Part shown: piece after piece, positions 1 through 9,002 of the stretch | Numbering within the stretch: position 1 is the first letter of the stretch | Layout: each line of letters starts with the position of its first letter | Assembly (NCBI GenBank): GCA_965203515.1 | Contig: OZ241907.1 | Location: forward strand, 1,280,001 to 1,344,000 | DNA from: Spirochaetia bacterium | Lineage (GTDB): Bacteria; Spirochaetota; Spirochaetia; SZUA-6; Bin103 | DNA length: 64,000 bases | Direction of reading: 5' to 3' | Program-made: the position numbers and the translations under genes | Notes under the pieces: generated by a model | The model's database searches: none | Told to the model about the DNA's origin: nothing | What the model saw: the letters and a program-made list of their open reading frames with translations, nothing else

Positions 1-278
1 TGCTGTCGCTGGGGGTGGTCGGCACCGCGGCCAACTACGCGTTGATGACGGCCGCCTTCCGGCGCCTGTCGGCGGCCACGGCCGGAACGATCACCGCCCT
101 GACCCCGCCCGGCGTGATCGCGCTGGCCGCGGTCACGCTGGGCGAGCCGGTGCCGCTGTCGATGGCCGCCGCGGCGGCGATCGTCACCGCCGGCCTGCTC
201 GCCCTGATCTGGGATGAGCGGATGCGGGTTGAACGGCGGCGGGATGACCGGCGCTCGCGGCGCCGCACCGCGCCCTGA
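1..278 (+). CDS. DMT/EamA-family transporter, 3' part (5' end outside window)
   Basis: Hydrophobic helices, GTAANYAL...AxxAGTITALTP...LGE pattern typical of EamA C-terminal repeat; TGA at 276-278. Confidence 0.6.
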   Translation, partial: LSLGVVGTAANYALMTAAFRRLSAATAGTITALTPPGVIALAAVTLGEPVPLSMAAAAAIVTAGLLALIWDERMRVERRRDDRRSRRRTAP

Positions 279-309
279 CCGGCGTTTCCCGGTCTAGCTC
301 TAGTCTAGC

Positions 310-1191
310 CTAGCCCAGCCCGATGTCCCGCAGGTATTCCCTGGTCCGCCTGGCGATCGGCAGCGGCGCCCCCGGCGCCGGCGGATACATGTCCTGCTCC
401 ACCACGCCGAACCCGTCGTAGCCGATGCGATGGGCGACGTCGCGGAGGCGTTCGAAGTCGACCGCGCCCTCGGACGGCTCGCAGAACATCCCCTGCGCGA
501 CCGCCGCCGCGAACGGCGTCCCGCCGCGCAGCACCTGCTCGCGCAACTCGGTGCGGATGCTCTTGAGGTGCAGGTAGGGGATGCGCCGGTGGTGCCGCTC
601 GAAGAACGCGATCGGATCGCCGCCGGTGTAGGCGTCATGGCCGGTGTCCAGACAGAGCATCACCGACGGATCGGCGTCGGCGAGCAGGCGCTCCATCTGC
701 CGGTGGTTCTCCACGTGCGTGTCGGCGTGCGGATGGAACACCACCTGCAGCCCGTAGCCGGCCGCCCGCTCCTGAGCGCGGTCGACGGTATCGATCAGCC
801 GCGCCCACGCCGCGTCGTCCAGCTCCTTGGGCCGCTGCCGCTCACCGGTGTGCAGGTCGGTGTAGACGTCGTCGATGAGCACGATGAACCGGGCGCCAAG
901 CCGCCGAAACGGCCCGGACACCCGGTCGATGTCGCGCAGCACCAGGTCGGCGGCGCCTTCGTCCTCCAGGTGATGCATGACGAAACCGCCGCAGAGCTTC
1001 AGGGAGCGCTTGGCGAGCTCCGCCTGCAGCACGTCGAGGTCGGTCGGCAGGTAGCCGATCGGCCCCAGCTCCGTCCACTCGTAGCCCGCCTCGGCCGCCT
1101 CGTCCAGATACTGCTCCCAGGGGGGTTGCTTCGGATCCGACGGAAACCACACCCCCCAGGAGTCGGGTCCCGTCCCTACGGTGATCGCCAT
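310..1191 (-). CDS. iolE: Myo-inosose-2 dehydratase-like TIM-barrel protein
   Basis: Starts MAITVGTGPDSWGVWF; motifs TELGP, FHPHADT, LDTGH, HLK, VEQD; next to inositol dehydrogenase; ATG at 1191 chosen over the longer ORF. Confidence 0.75.
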   Translation of the reverse strand: MAITVGTGPDSWGVWFPSDPKQPPWEQYLDEAAEAGYEWTELGPIGYLPTDLDVLQAELAKRSLKLCGGFVMHHLEDEGAADLVLRDIDRVSGPFRRLGARFIVLIDDVYTDLHTGERQRPKELDDAAWARLIDTVDRAQERAAGYGLQVVFHPHADTHVENHRQMERLLADADPSVMLCLDTGHDAYTGGDPIAFFERHHRRIPYLHLKSIRTELREQVLRGGTPFAAAVAQGMFCEPSEGAVDFERLRDVAHRIGYDGFGVVEQDMYPPAPGAPLPIARRTREYLRDIGLG

Positions 1192-1201
1192 GGGACGCCG
1201 A

Positions 1202-2227
1202 TCATAGCGCGTCGCCCGCCGGCGGCGCCACCGGGGCGGGCACCGGCACGGTGCTGCCGCTCGCCAGCGACCGCAGCGCCGCCTCGGCCAGCTCCAGCGC
1301 CCGCTGCCCGTCGGCAAAGGTGACCGACGGCTCCCTGCCGGCCGTCACCGCGTCGATGAAGTCCGCCAGTTCGGCCCGGTACGCCGCCGCGTAGCGTTCG
1401 ATGAAGAAGCGCTCCAGCGGCGCCGGCGCGCCGGCGCCGGCCGCCGTAAAGAGCCGCGCTTCGTCCGCCAGGCGGTTGCCCGAACAGACCATGCCGGCGC
1501 TGCCGTGCACCTCCAGCCGCTGGTCGTAGCCGTACGCGGCGCGGCGCGAGCAATTGACGTGACACTGCGCCCCGGAGGCGGTCGACATCATCACCATGGC
1601 GGTATCGACGTCGCCCAGATCGCCGATCGCCGGGTCGATCAGCGCGCCGCCGATCGCCGTGATCGACGTCGGCTCCTCGCCGAGCACGAAGCGCGCGAGA
1701 TCGAAGTCATGGATCATCATGTCCCGGAACAGTCCTCCCGATACGCGCAGGTAGGCCGCCGGCGGCGGCTCCGGGTCGCGGCTGGTGATGATCACCTGCT
1801 GCACGGCGCCCACGGCGCCGCCCGCCGCCAGCTCGCGAACGCGGCGGTGGGTCGGGTCGTAGCGGCGGTTGAAGCCGATCTGAATCGGCACGCCGGTAGC
1901 GCGCACCGCCTGCCGGCAGCGCTCCACGCGCTCCAGGCTCAGGTCGATCGGCTTCTCGCACAGCACCGCCTTGCCGGCGGCGGCGGCGGCGATGATCAGC
2001 GGCACGTGCGTGTCGGTCGACGACGCGATCAGCGCCGCATCGACGCCGGCGGCCAGCGCGGCATCGACGTCCGGCGCCGCCGCCGCGCCGTGGCGCCCGG
2101 CGACCGCCGCCGCCGCGGACGCCACCGGGTCGTAGACGCAGACCAGCCGGGCGTCCGACCGCGCGGCCAGGTTGGCGGCGTGCATGGCGCCGATGCGCCC
2201 CGCTCCGAAGAGTGCAACGTTGACCAT
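1202..2227 (-). CDS. iolG: Inositol 2-dehydrogenase (Gfo/Idh/MocA)
   Basis: GAGRIG, CEKP, GFNRRYDP, ITSRDP, GGLFRDMMIHDFD, YGYDQRLE motifs. Confidence 0.85.
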   Translation of the reverse strand: MVNVALFGAGRIGAMHAANLAARSDARLVCVYDPVASAAAAVAGRHGAAAAPDVDAALAAGVDAALIASSTDTHVPLIIAAAAAGKAVLCEKPIDLSLERVERCRQAVRATGVPIQIGFNRRYDPTHRRVRELAAGGAVGAVQQVIITSRDPEPPPAAYLRVSGGLFRDMMIHDFDLARFVLGEEPTSITAIGGALIDPAIGDLGDVDTAMVMMSTASGAQCHVNCSRRAAYGYDQRLEVHGSAGMVCSGNRLADEARLFTAAGAGAPAPLERFFIERYAAAYRAELADFIDAVTAGREPSVTFADGQRALELAEAALRSLASGSTVPVPAPVAPPAGDAL

Positions 2228-2251
2228 GCGCCCCATCGTACCCGGAATCGA

Positions 2252-3361
2252 TCAGGTGGCGGTGAACGCATCGGGGATGAGCGGGAGCTGGACCGCAGCG
2301 CCGCCGCCGTCGGCAACCGCCGATCCGGCCATGGCCGCATCCCGCGCGACGACGTACAGGTATTCCTTGTTGCGAACGTGGCTGATCTTCCCGACTCGAT
2401 CGCCGGCGGGATTGTAGATGCCGATGCGCGCGCCGACGTAGCGCCGGTAGTCGTTTTCGACCACGGCGACCCGAGCGTCCCCACCATAGCACTGCGTGAA
2501 CAGCGTCTCCATTTCCTGGCGAGTGACGTAGCCTTCGTCGTTGAAGGAGACGACCACGAACTTCGAGCGGACGGCCTGCAGCAGATCGCGCAATGCGGTC
2601 CTGAAGTGTCGGCGCGAGTTGAAGGCGCTCTTCCGCGAGCGGCAATCGACGCGTTTGCAGGCGACGCCGTACACGTCGGGCTTGTCCCAGAGGATGAGCG
2701 ACTCCCAGACGTGATAGTTGCCAAGATACGAATGCTGATTGTACGGAGGGTCGAGGTAGACGACATCGGCTTCGACCGATGCGGCCGCCGCCTGCGCATC
2801 GAGCTGCCGTGCCGAGCACCGGCCTGCCGTCGGGCGGGGCACGAGGTCGGGAACGCGCAAGGCGAGGTCGTTATATGATCTCGGCGCCCAGTGCTTCAGA
2901 TAGGCCATCTGGACGCCGGTGGTCGAGTCGACGCGGTCGGCCGCCTCCATCAAGGAAACGAGGACGATCGCCTCCAGCTCGGGATCGAGGGACTTGGCGG
3001 CGATCGCTTCACGGATCGCGTCGACGCGGGCTCCGTTCTTGGGCTGGAAGAACCTGGACCGCTCACAGAACGTCTCGGTAAAGTACCCCGGTCTGCCGGG
3101 CAACGAGTTGAATTCGGCGATGAGCCGCGGCAGGTCCCGGCGGTGATCCTGGTGATCCGCCTGCACGTAGCACGCGGCCAGCGCGGCGGCGTAGGCATTG
3201 TGGTCGTTGGCGTGGACCTGCAGCCCCGCCCGCTTCAACGCGTGGCCGACGCGCGACGTACCGGAGAACGGATCCAGAACCGAGGTCACGTTGCCGAGCG
3301 AGTCGATGACGCGCAGGATGGCCGGTATGAGGGCTCGCTTGGAGCCGATGTACTTGATCAC
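2252..3361 (-). CDS. N6-adenine DNA methyltransferase (Dam/D12-like, alpha order), orphan
   Basis: N-terminal YIGSK, motif I DPFSGT, motif IV YLDPPY; GTG start. Confidence 0.85.
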   Translation of the reverse strand: MIKYIGSKRALIPAILRVIDSLGNVTSVLDPFSGTSRVGHALKRAGLQVHANDHNAYAAALAACYVQADHQDHRRDLPRLIAEFNSLPGRPGYFTETFCERSRFFQPKNGARVDAIREAIAAKSLDPELEAIVLVSLMEAADRVDSTTGVQMAYLKHWAPRSYNDLALRVPDLVPRPTAGRCSARQLDAQAAAASVEADVVYLDPPYNQHSYLGNYHVWESLILWDKPDVYGVACKRVDCRSRKSAFNSRRHFRTALRDLLQAVRSKFVVVSFNDEGYVTRQEMETLFTQCYGGDARVAVVENDYRRYVGARIGIYNPAGDRVGKISHVRNKEYLYVVARDAAMAGSAVADGGGAAVQLPLIPDAFTAT

Positions 3362-3487
3362 GGAGAGCTCACCACGCGCGCTTCGATCCGTGGAACAACC
3401 ACGCGAGCAATGACTCTATGAAGCGAGCGTACTCATCGATGCTCGTCTTCGCTCCGTGCGGCGGCTAAACGAAGCGCTCGGCATCGA

Positions 3488-3787
3488 CTATGGGATCGAG
3501 TCCTGCACGCGGGCCAGCAGCTCCTCCTCCGTCTCGCACTCGATGATCCAGTCGCCGACCTCTACCAGGCGCTCCGGATCGGTCAGATGCTCCAGCAGGA
3601 CGGACAACCGCGGCCCCGTTTCCGTCGAGAATTTCCGCGCCGCCTGCCGGCACAGCCGCCTTCGTTCTTCGCCACGACCCTGCTCGATGCCCTGCTCGAT
3701 GCCCTGCTCGATGCCCTGCTCGATGCCTTCCTTCAGGCCCTGCTCGCGGCCTTCCGCGACCCACTCGGCTACCAACTCCTGCAACAT
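3488..3787 (-). CDS. Putative intragenic small Rpn protein (RpnS-like, 99 aa), in frame within Rpn copy 1
   Basis: Minus strand reads GGAGGAGGTacggccgATG: strong SD before in-frame MLQELVAEW, just ahead of the repeat region. Confidence 0.55.
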   Translation of the reverse strand: MLQELVAEWVAEGREQGLKEGIEQGIEQGIEQGIEQGRGEERRRLCRQAARKFSTETGPRLSVLLEHLTDPERLVEVGDWIIECETEEELLARVQDSIP

Positions 3788-4498
3788 CGGCCGTACCTCC
3801 TCCGATCCCGGCAACGATTCCAACGCCGTGCCCTGCATCTTGCGCGGCACCAGCACCTGCTTCACCCATTCCCGGAACACTTGCGTCAACTCCGGGTTCC
3901 TCAACTCCCGCAGCCGCTCGAACAGCGCTGCCAGCAACTCCGGCACCCGCTCACTCGTGCGATTGGTCTCCAGCGCGATCAGAGCCGATACCAGGTTGCG
4001 ACCGGGCAGATCGTCCGCTCTCAGCCGCCCCTGGTCAAGCAGATAGTACCGCAGCGACGGCTGATACCGCGCCAGCGCCTCCCCGCCGAACGCGATCAGC
4101 TCCGCCACGTCCTCGGACGCCGTCCACGGCCGGCTGCCGTTGTAGATCACGATCGGCAGCACCGGCGGCAGCTTGCCGTGGCGGCGCAGCGCGCCGTCGT
4201 CGATCAGCTTCTCGTACAGCAGACCGGTGTAGGTGAGCACCCGCACCGCCATGGCCGGCTCGACGGTCGACTGGAACTCCAGCAGCACCAGCAGGTACAG
4301 CCATTCATCGCGGAATCCGACCCGCCACACCAGATCGCCGTGGCGCTCCCGCAGGCGGTCGCTGACGAAGCTGGCCGGAACCGGGGTGAGGGTCGAGAAG
4401 TCGAGCGCATCGCTCCAGTCGCGGGCGACGAAGCCGCGCAGCAGGTCCTGAACCATGCGAGGCTGCGAGAACAGCCGCTTGTAGCCGGGGTCGTGCAT
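3488..4498 (-). CDS. Rpn/YhgA-family PD-(D/E)XK nuclease (putative transposase), copy 1
   Basis: HDPGYKRLFS, SFVSDRLRERHGDLVW, LLEFQS, PPVLPIVIYNG; C-terminal GIEQ repeats. Confidence 0.9.
   Translation of the reverse strand: MHDPGYKRLFSQPRMVQDLLRGFVARDWSDALDFSTLTPVPASFVSDRLRERHGDLVWRVGFRDEWLYLLVLLEFQSTVEPAMAVRVLTYTGLLYEKLIDDGALRRHGKLPPVLPIVIYNGSRPWTASEDVAELIAFGGEALARYQPSLRYYLLDQGRLRADDLPGRNLVSALIALETNRTSERVPELLAALFERLRELRNPELTQVFREWVKQVLVPRKMQGTALESLPGSEEVRPMLQELVAEWVAEGREQGLKEGIEQGIEQGIEQGIEQGRGEERRRLCRQAARKFSTETGPRLSVLLEHLTDPERLVEVGDWIIECETEEELLARVQDSIP
3678..3725. repeat. 12-bp tandem repeat x4 (CCCTGCTCGATG), encodes (GIEQ)n in Rpn
   Basis: Directly visible. Confidence 0.95.
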
Positions 4499-4610
4499 GA
4501 TATGTGACGATCATACCGCATGCGAGCGGCAGTACATTGTGAAGACCGGGCCGACGGATACGCTGGATGAGCTGATGCCGCGCATGGCGCCGGAACTGAG
4601 AGGTGATCTG

Positions 4611-4856
4611 ATGACCTGTGGCGAGATGCTGCGCCGGGAAGGCGAGTTGAGGGGCCGACAGGAAGGCGAGTTGAAAGGCCGACAGGAAGGCCGGCAGGAG
4701 GGTGAGTTGCGGGGCCGGCTGGAGACCATCGCCGGGCTCCTGCGGGCCGGGGTCGGGTGGCCGGTGATCCAATCCGCCGCTGGCATCGATGAGCGGACCT
4801 ACCGCGCTCTCAAACGCGACGCCTCCCACGGGACGGAGCAGCCCGCGCCCCGCTGA
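4611..4856 (+). CDS. Stand-alone Rpn C-terminal module (RpnS-like, 81 aa) or 5'-truncated Rpn remnant
   Basis: 4531-4856 aligns by eye with 33237-33559; GAGAGGTGAtctgATG start retained; frame intact to TGA. Confidence 0.6.
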   Translation: MTCGEMLRREGELRGRQEGELKGRQEGRQEGELRGRLETIAGLLRAGVGWPVIQSAAGIDERTYRALKRDASHGTEQPAPR

Positions 4857-5105
4857 CCCCTTCCGGCCCGGGCGCGTCCACTACCGCGAGCACGCGCGCA
4901 AGGGCTTCCGGTTTCCGGTTTCGCGGGCGCGCGCTCGCATGGGACACCGCTTCCCTGCCGCCGCTCCGCCGCCGCGCACGGGCTCGCCGTCGCCGGTGAA
5001 CAGCGATCTGCCGTGCACTTCGGCGATGCGGCTGCCGAACGGGTGCTGCGGTTCATCTTGGCGAGGTCGCCGTTGCTCATTTCGTCGCGTCGCTCGGAAC
5101 CTGAC

Positions 5106-6851
5106 CTACGCCGCTTCGCAGGACACCAGCTCCCAGCCGTGGAAGACCAGCGCCAGACCGATGAAGCGCACGCCCGGGTACTGCCGCGCCAGCCGCTCGT
5201 CGGCCAGATAGCGCGCCAACTGCGCGTGCGCCTGCTCGGCCGCGGCCGCCACCGCCGCCTGATCCACCGCCGCAGAGCGCTTGAAGTACTTGAGCTCGAT
5301 CAGGTAGCCGAGCCGCAGGTGCGGGTAGCGGGCCACGAGCGGTTCCAGCGCGATGTCCGCATGCCCCTTGCCCAGCTCCGCCTCCGAGCGGAACTCGTAG
5401 TAGTTGGTCACGCTCAGATAGGCGGCCAGGAACCCCTGGATCACCTTCTCCCCGGCGATATAGTCCCGAATCCCCGTCTGCCGCGCGATCGCCTCGCTCA
5501 GATACTCGAACACCGGCCGCCACTCCCCCTCGTTGGCCATCCGGATCAGCAACTGCTCGACGCGAAACAGGTTGACCGAGAAGACCTGCACGTCGCGGTA
5601 GCCGTCGCGCAGAAAGCCGTACATGAGCCGCTTCACGGTCTGGTTGGGAATCGCCAGCCGCGGTATGTCCTGCGTCACGTCGCGGATGCTCAACAGCCCG
5701 AAGAAGTGCAGCAGCGAGAGGAAGTTCTCCGGCTCGGCAAGCCGCTCCAGCGGGAAGCCGGGCTGGATCTGGGTGGTGACCTGCTCCTCGCCGATCACGT
5801 CGCGCAGCAGATCGAAGTTGCCGTTCAACCGCCGCCCGACCACCAGCAGGTGGCGCAGCTTGCCGTAGTCGATGCGCACGTTGGCGTCGATCAGGGACTT
5901 GGGTACCCGCCGGTTGGGAATCGATTGTTTCAGGTAATAGAGCACCATGTCGGAGTTGTAGAGATCGGTGACGGCCTCCTCGGAGAAGCGGTAGCCGTTG
6001 TACCACTCGCCCATGATGCCCAGCGCGGTATCGGCGTCCTGGTTGAAGACGCCCAGGTCGCGGTACCTCTCGACCAGATGCCGCACCTCCGCCGCGGTGA
6101 AGCCGACCATCTCGTTGAAGTCCGGCTCCAGGCTGATGTTGGCGCCGATGTTGAAGCCGCTGGTGACGTCGTCCAGGGTGACCGGCGACACGCCGGTGAT
6201 GAACAGGCGTTCGAGGCCGCCGCCGGCGCGGTCGGTGCCGCCCTTGAGGGCGGCGAAGAAGTCGCGGTAGAAGCCGCCGCCGCGGGTGAAGGAGTGGTAC
6301 GCCTCGGCGCCGTGGTAGGCCAGCACGGTGTTGGCGAAGTTGTCGTACTCGTCGATCAGCACGTACAGCGGGATGCCGTGGTCGCCGGCGTAGCGGAACA
6401 GCGCGGAAAGCTTCTCGGCGATCGACGGCGGCGCCAGGATGCGCTGCAGCGCAGCATCGGGAAACAGGTCCGGATGCCGTTCCAGAGTCCCTGCGAGATC
6501 GATGTGGCAGTAGCCTTCGAAGCGCTGTTCGAGCGTTTCGAGCTTGGCGTTGACCATCGAGAAGTTGAAGCGCAGGGTGACGTAGCGGCTGCGCTCCTCG
6601 GTCGGGCTGCGCCCGATGTCGGTGCCGGCGAACGTGGCGTCGAAGCGGTCGGCCCAGAACCGGTCGTAGTAGCACTCCAGCAGCGCCACCCACAGCGACT
6701 TGCCGAAGCGCCGCGGGCGGATCAGGAAGGCGTAGCGCTCCTGCTCCAGCCGCCGCAGGAAGCGGGTCTTGTCGACGTACAGCCACCCGTTCAAGCGGAT
6801 GCGGCTGAACGACGCCTCCCCGTAGGGAATGCGCGGGTAGTCGGGAACCAT
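5106..6851 (-). CDS. AAA-ATPase-like + C-terminal PD-(D/E)XK nuclease fusion
   Basis: PYG..F..IR, YVDKT, Walker A RPRRFGKS, Walker B LIDEYD, nuclease SEAELGKGHADI...IELK; alternative GTG start at 6857. Confidence 0.88.
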   Translation of the reverse strand: MVPDYPRIPYGEASFSRIRLNGWLYVDKTRFLRRLEQERYAFLIRPRRFGKSLWVALLECYYDRFWADRFDATFAGTDIGRSPTEERSRYVTLRFNFSMVNAKLETLEQRFEGYCHIDLAGTLERHPDLFPDAALQRILAPPSIAEKLSALFRYAGDHGIPLYVLIDEYDNFANTVLAYHGAEAYHSFTRGGGFYRDFFAALKGGTDRAGGGLERLFITGVSPVTLDDVTSGFNIGANISLEPDFNEMVGFTAAEVRHLVERYRDLGVFNQDADTALGIMGEWYNGYRFSEEAVTDLYNSDMVLYYLKQSIPNRRVPKSLIDANVRIDYGKLRHLLVVGRRLNGNFDLLRDVIGEEQVTTQIQPGFPLERLAEPENFLSLLHFFGLLSIRDVTQDIPRLAIPNQTVKRLMYGFLRDGYRDVQVFSVNLFRVEQLLIRMANEGEWRPVFEYLSEAIARQTGIRDYIAGEKVIQGFLAAYLSVTNYYEFRSEAELGKGHADIALEPLVARYPHLRLGYLIELKYFKRSAAVDQAAVAAAAEQAHAQLARYLADERLARQYPGVRFIGLALVFHGWELVSCEAA

Positions 6852-6881
6852 GGTCACTGCCGCAGCCGGGACGCGTCCACT

Positions 6882-9002
6882 CTACCGCGAGGTTCGATAG
6901 ACGCGGAAGCCGTCGGCGAGCATGGTGCCCTGCTCGATGACGAAGCCGGCCCCGCCGCTGCGGTAGCGGTCGTCCCGTGCCCGGAGCAGGGAGGCGCCGT
7001 CGACGGCAAGCTCCAAGCGGTCGCCCGACGCGGCGAACCGCACCGCGTACAGCCGTTCCGTCACGTACGGGAACGACGCGTGCGCGAGCGTGCGCTCCTC
7101 CCGGTCCTCGCGCGCCACGATGGCGATGCGGTCGCCCCCGCTGAATACGGCGGCGTAGTAGCGCCGCAGGCCGGCGGCGCGCAGCACCAGGCCGCCCCGG
7201 CGGTGCAGGCTGAAGCGGAGCCGCGTCTCTACGACGTAGTCGCGCCACGCGCGGGTGCCGAGCGTCACCAGACCGTCGTCGGCGCTGTGCGAGATGCAGT
7301 AGGTGAGCTCGAAATCGGGCGCGAACTGGCGCGCCGCGCTCACCCAGGCGCGCAGCCAGCACGGGCGCAGGTTCCAGATCGATGACATCAGCATGCCGCG
7401 CTGCCGGAAGTCGCGCGGCGCGCCGTCCCAGTCGACGCTGCGCAGGCGCAGCTCGCCGGCGAGCGGGCCGGCCGCGCCGGCCGGCGCGCGCAACTCGATC
7501 CCCAGCCGGAACAGCGGCATGCCGCCGTTGGCGGGCACGCGCCACCGGAGCGTGTTGGCGCCGGCGCGGAGCGCGCACGGTTCGGAGCGCAGTTGCCGCA
7601 CGCGGTCGGCGGCATCGTAGTAGAGCGCGTACGCCGCGGCCATCGGCAACGGGACCGACGCCGCCGCCGGCGCCTCCAGGCGCATGGTCACTTCCTGCGT
7701 GGCGTAGAGCGTCGGGCTGGCGTGGGTGGCAAAGTTGTCCGCGGTCTCGGCGAAGTCCAGGAACACCGGCGTCGACACCCGCGCCGCGCGCGCCGGCGTC
7801 AGGTCCCGATACTGCAGCAGGAGACCCGGATCGGCGCTGCCGGCAACGCGCACCGGCGCCGCGGCCGGCGCCTCGGGGAGCGCGTGCGGGCAGGGCGCGA
7901 ACCCCTGGCGGGCGCCGGGCAGCTCGAAGGCATAGCGCGGCAGCGCCGCCGGCAGGGGCGCGCCGGCAAAGGCGGCGCCGGCGCGCAGGATGCGGCGCGT
8001 CTCACGGACCGCGTCGCTGACGCAGCGGCCGCCTTCGGCGGTGACCACCAGCAGGCGGTCGGCGACCGGCTCGCGCAGATCGGCCGGGATCGCCGCCAGA
8101 CCCAACCGCACGCCGTTCAGGCAGCCGACGCTGCCGGCGTTGCAATCGGTATCCCAGCCGGCCGAGGCCGCGATCGTCAGCGCGCGGCGGAAGTCGTCGC
8201 CGCCGAGCAGCAGAGCGGCCAGCACCATGGCGTGGTTGGTCAGAATCGGACACGGTCCGGGAAAGACCCCGTACCCGTAGCGCGGGTCGAGCCAGTCGCG
8301 CACCCGCCGCCAGTCGCGCTCGCGGCTGCAGACGCCCCGCACGTCGTCCAGCAGCCGGCGGAGCCGGTCGCCGGCCGCGAACGGCTGCGCCGCCTCCAGC
8401 AATGCATCCAGAGGCCGGTGGGTGAAGGCGAGCGCCTGCAGCGCGCCCAGGAAGGCCGCGCAGTCGAGCGCCACCCCGTCGTGGCTCACCGACGCCGCCT
8501 TGCGGATGAGCGCGGCCGCCTGCTCCGGGTCGCCGGGCGACATCAGCGCCAGCGGATCGGTGAAGATCTGAGCGCCGATCTGGGTGGAGAGCATCGCTCC
8601 GTTGAGCGCGCGACTCCCGCTCTGCGGAGCGCGGTAGCCGGCCCGCAGGCGCAGATAGGCGGTGTGCTCGGTCGAGCGGCCGAAGCCGCCCCACCAGAGG
8701 ATGGTCTTGTCCTCGATGATGGTGTTGAGCCAGGTATCGCCGAAGTCCTCGGCGGTGACGCGGCGCGCGCAGCCGCGGTCCTCCAGCGCACGGAAGAAGC
8801 CGAAGCTGCCGGAGAGGTCGTCGTCGGCGACCACCAGCGGCAACCCGAGCGGCTCATGCACGTACCGGTCGACCTCCCCGAACCGCGTGCGGATGGCGTC
8901 GCAGGTCCATCCCTCGACCGGCCGCCCCAGGTAGACGCCGATCAGCTTGCCGAGCACGCCGGCGTAGGTCGCCGCGGCGGTGCGCCGTTCGTCAGCCGTC
9001 AT
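6882..9002 (-). CDS. ADP-ribosylglycohydrolase-family protein with C-terminal beta-sandwich extension (paralog 2)
   Basis: GKLIGVYLGRPVEGW, ADDDLSG, ASVSHDG, GWDTDCNAG metal-binding motifs. Confidence 0.85.
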   Translation of the reverse strand: MTADERRTAAATYAGVLGKLIGVYLGRPVEGWTCDAIRTRFGEVDRYVHEPLGLPLVVADDDLSGSFGFFRALEDRGCARRVTAEDFGDTWLNTIIEDKTILWWGGFGRSTEHTAYLRLRAGYRAPQSGSRALNGAMLSTQIGAQIFTDPLALMSPGDPEQAAALIRKAASVSHDGVALDCAAFLGALQALAFTHRPLDALLEAAQPFAAGDRLRRLLDDVRGVCSRERDWRRVRDWLDPRYGYGVFPGPCPILTNHAMVLAALLLGGDDFRRALTIAASAGWDTDCNAGSVGCLNGVRLGLAAIPADLREPVADRLLVVTAEGGRCVSDAVRETRRILRAGAAFAGAPLPAALPRYAFELPGARQGFAPCPHALPEAPAAAPVRVAGSADPGLLLQYRDLTPARAARVSTPVFLDFAETADNFATHASPTLYATQEVTMRLEAPAAASVPLPMAAAYALYYDAADRVRQLRSEPCALRAGANTLRWRVPANGGMPLFRLGIELRAPAGAAGPLAGELRLRSVDWDGAPRDFRQRGMLMSSIWNLRPCWLRAWVSAARQFAPDFELTYCISHSADDGLVTLGTRAWRDYVVETRLRFSLHRRGGLVLRAAGLRRYYAAVFSGGDRIAIVAREDREERTLAHASFPYVTERLYAVRFAASGDRLELAVDGASLLRARDDRYRSGGAGFVIEQGTMLADGFRVYRTSR

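Noticed and set aside
3488..4498. Rpn genes as classical insertion sequences
   Set aside because: No terminal inverted repeats or target duplications seen; the family is PD-(D/E)XK, not DDE
4799..5080. Small ORF or remnant downstream of the AAA-nuclease gene
   Set aside because: No recognisable motif or start signal; cannot support a call
5013..7578. Very long overlapping ORFs here and throughout (e.g. 39689-42385, 27249-29636)
   Set aside because: Arg/Ala/Gly/Pro-rich shadow frames expected at high GC; no motifs
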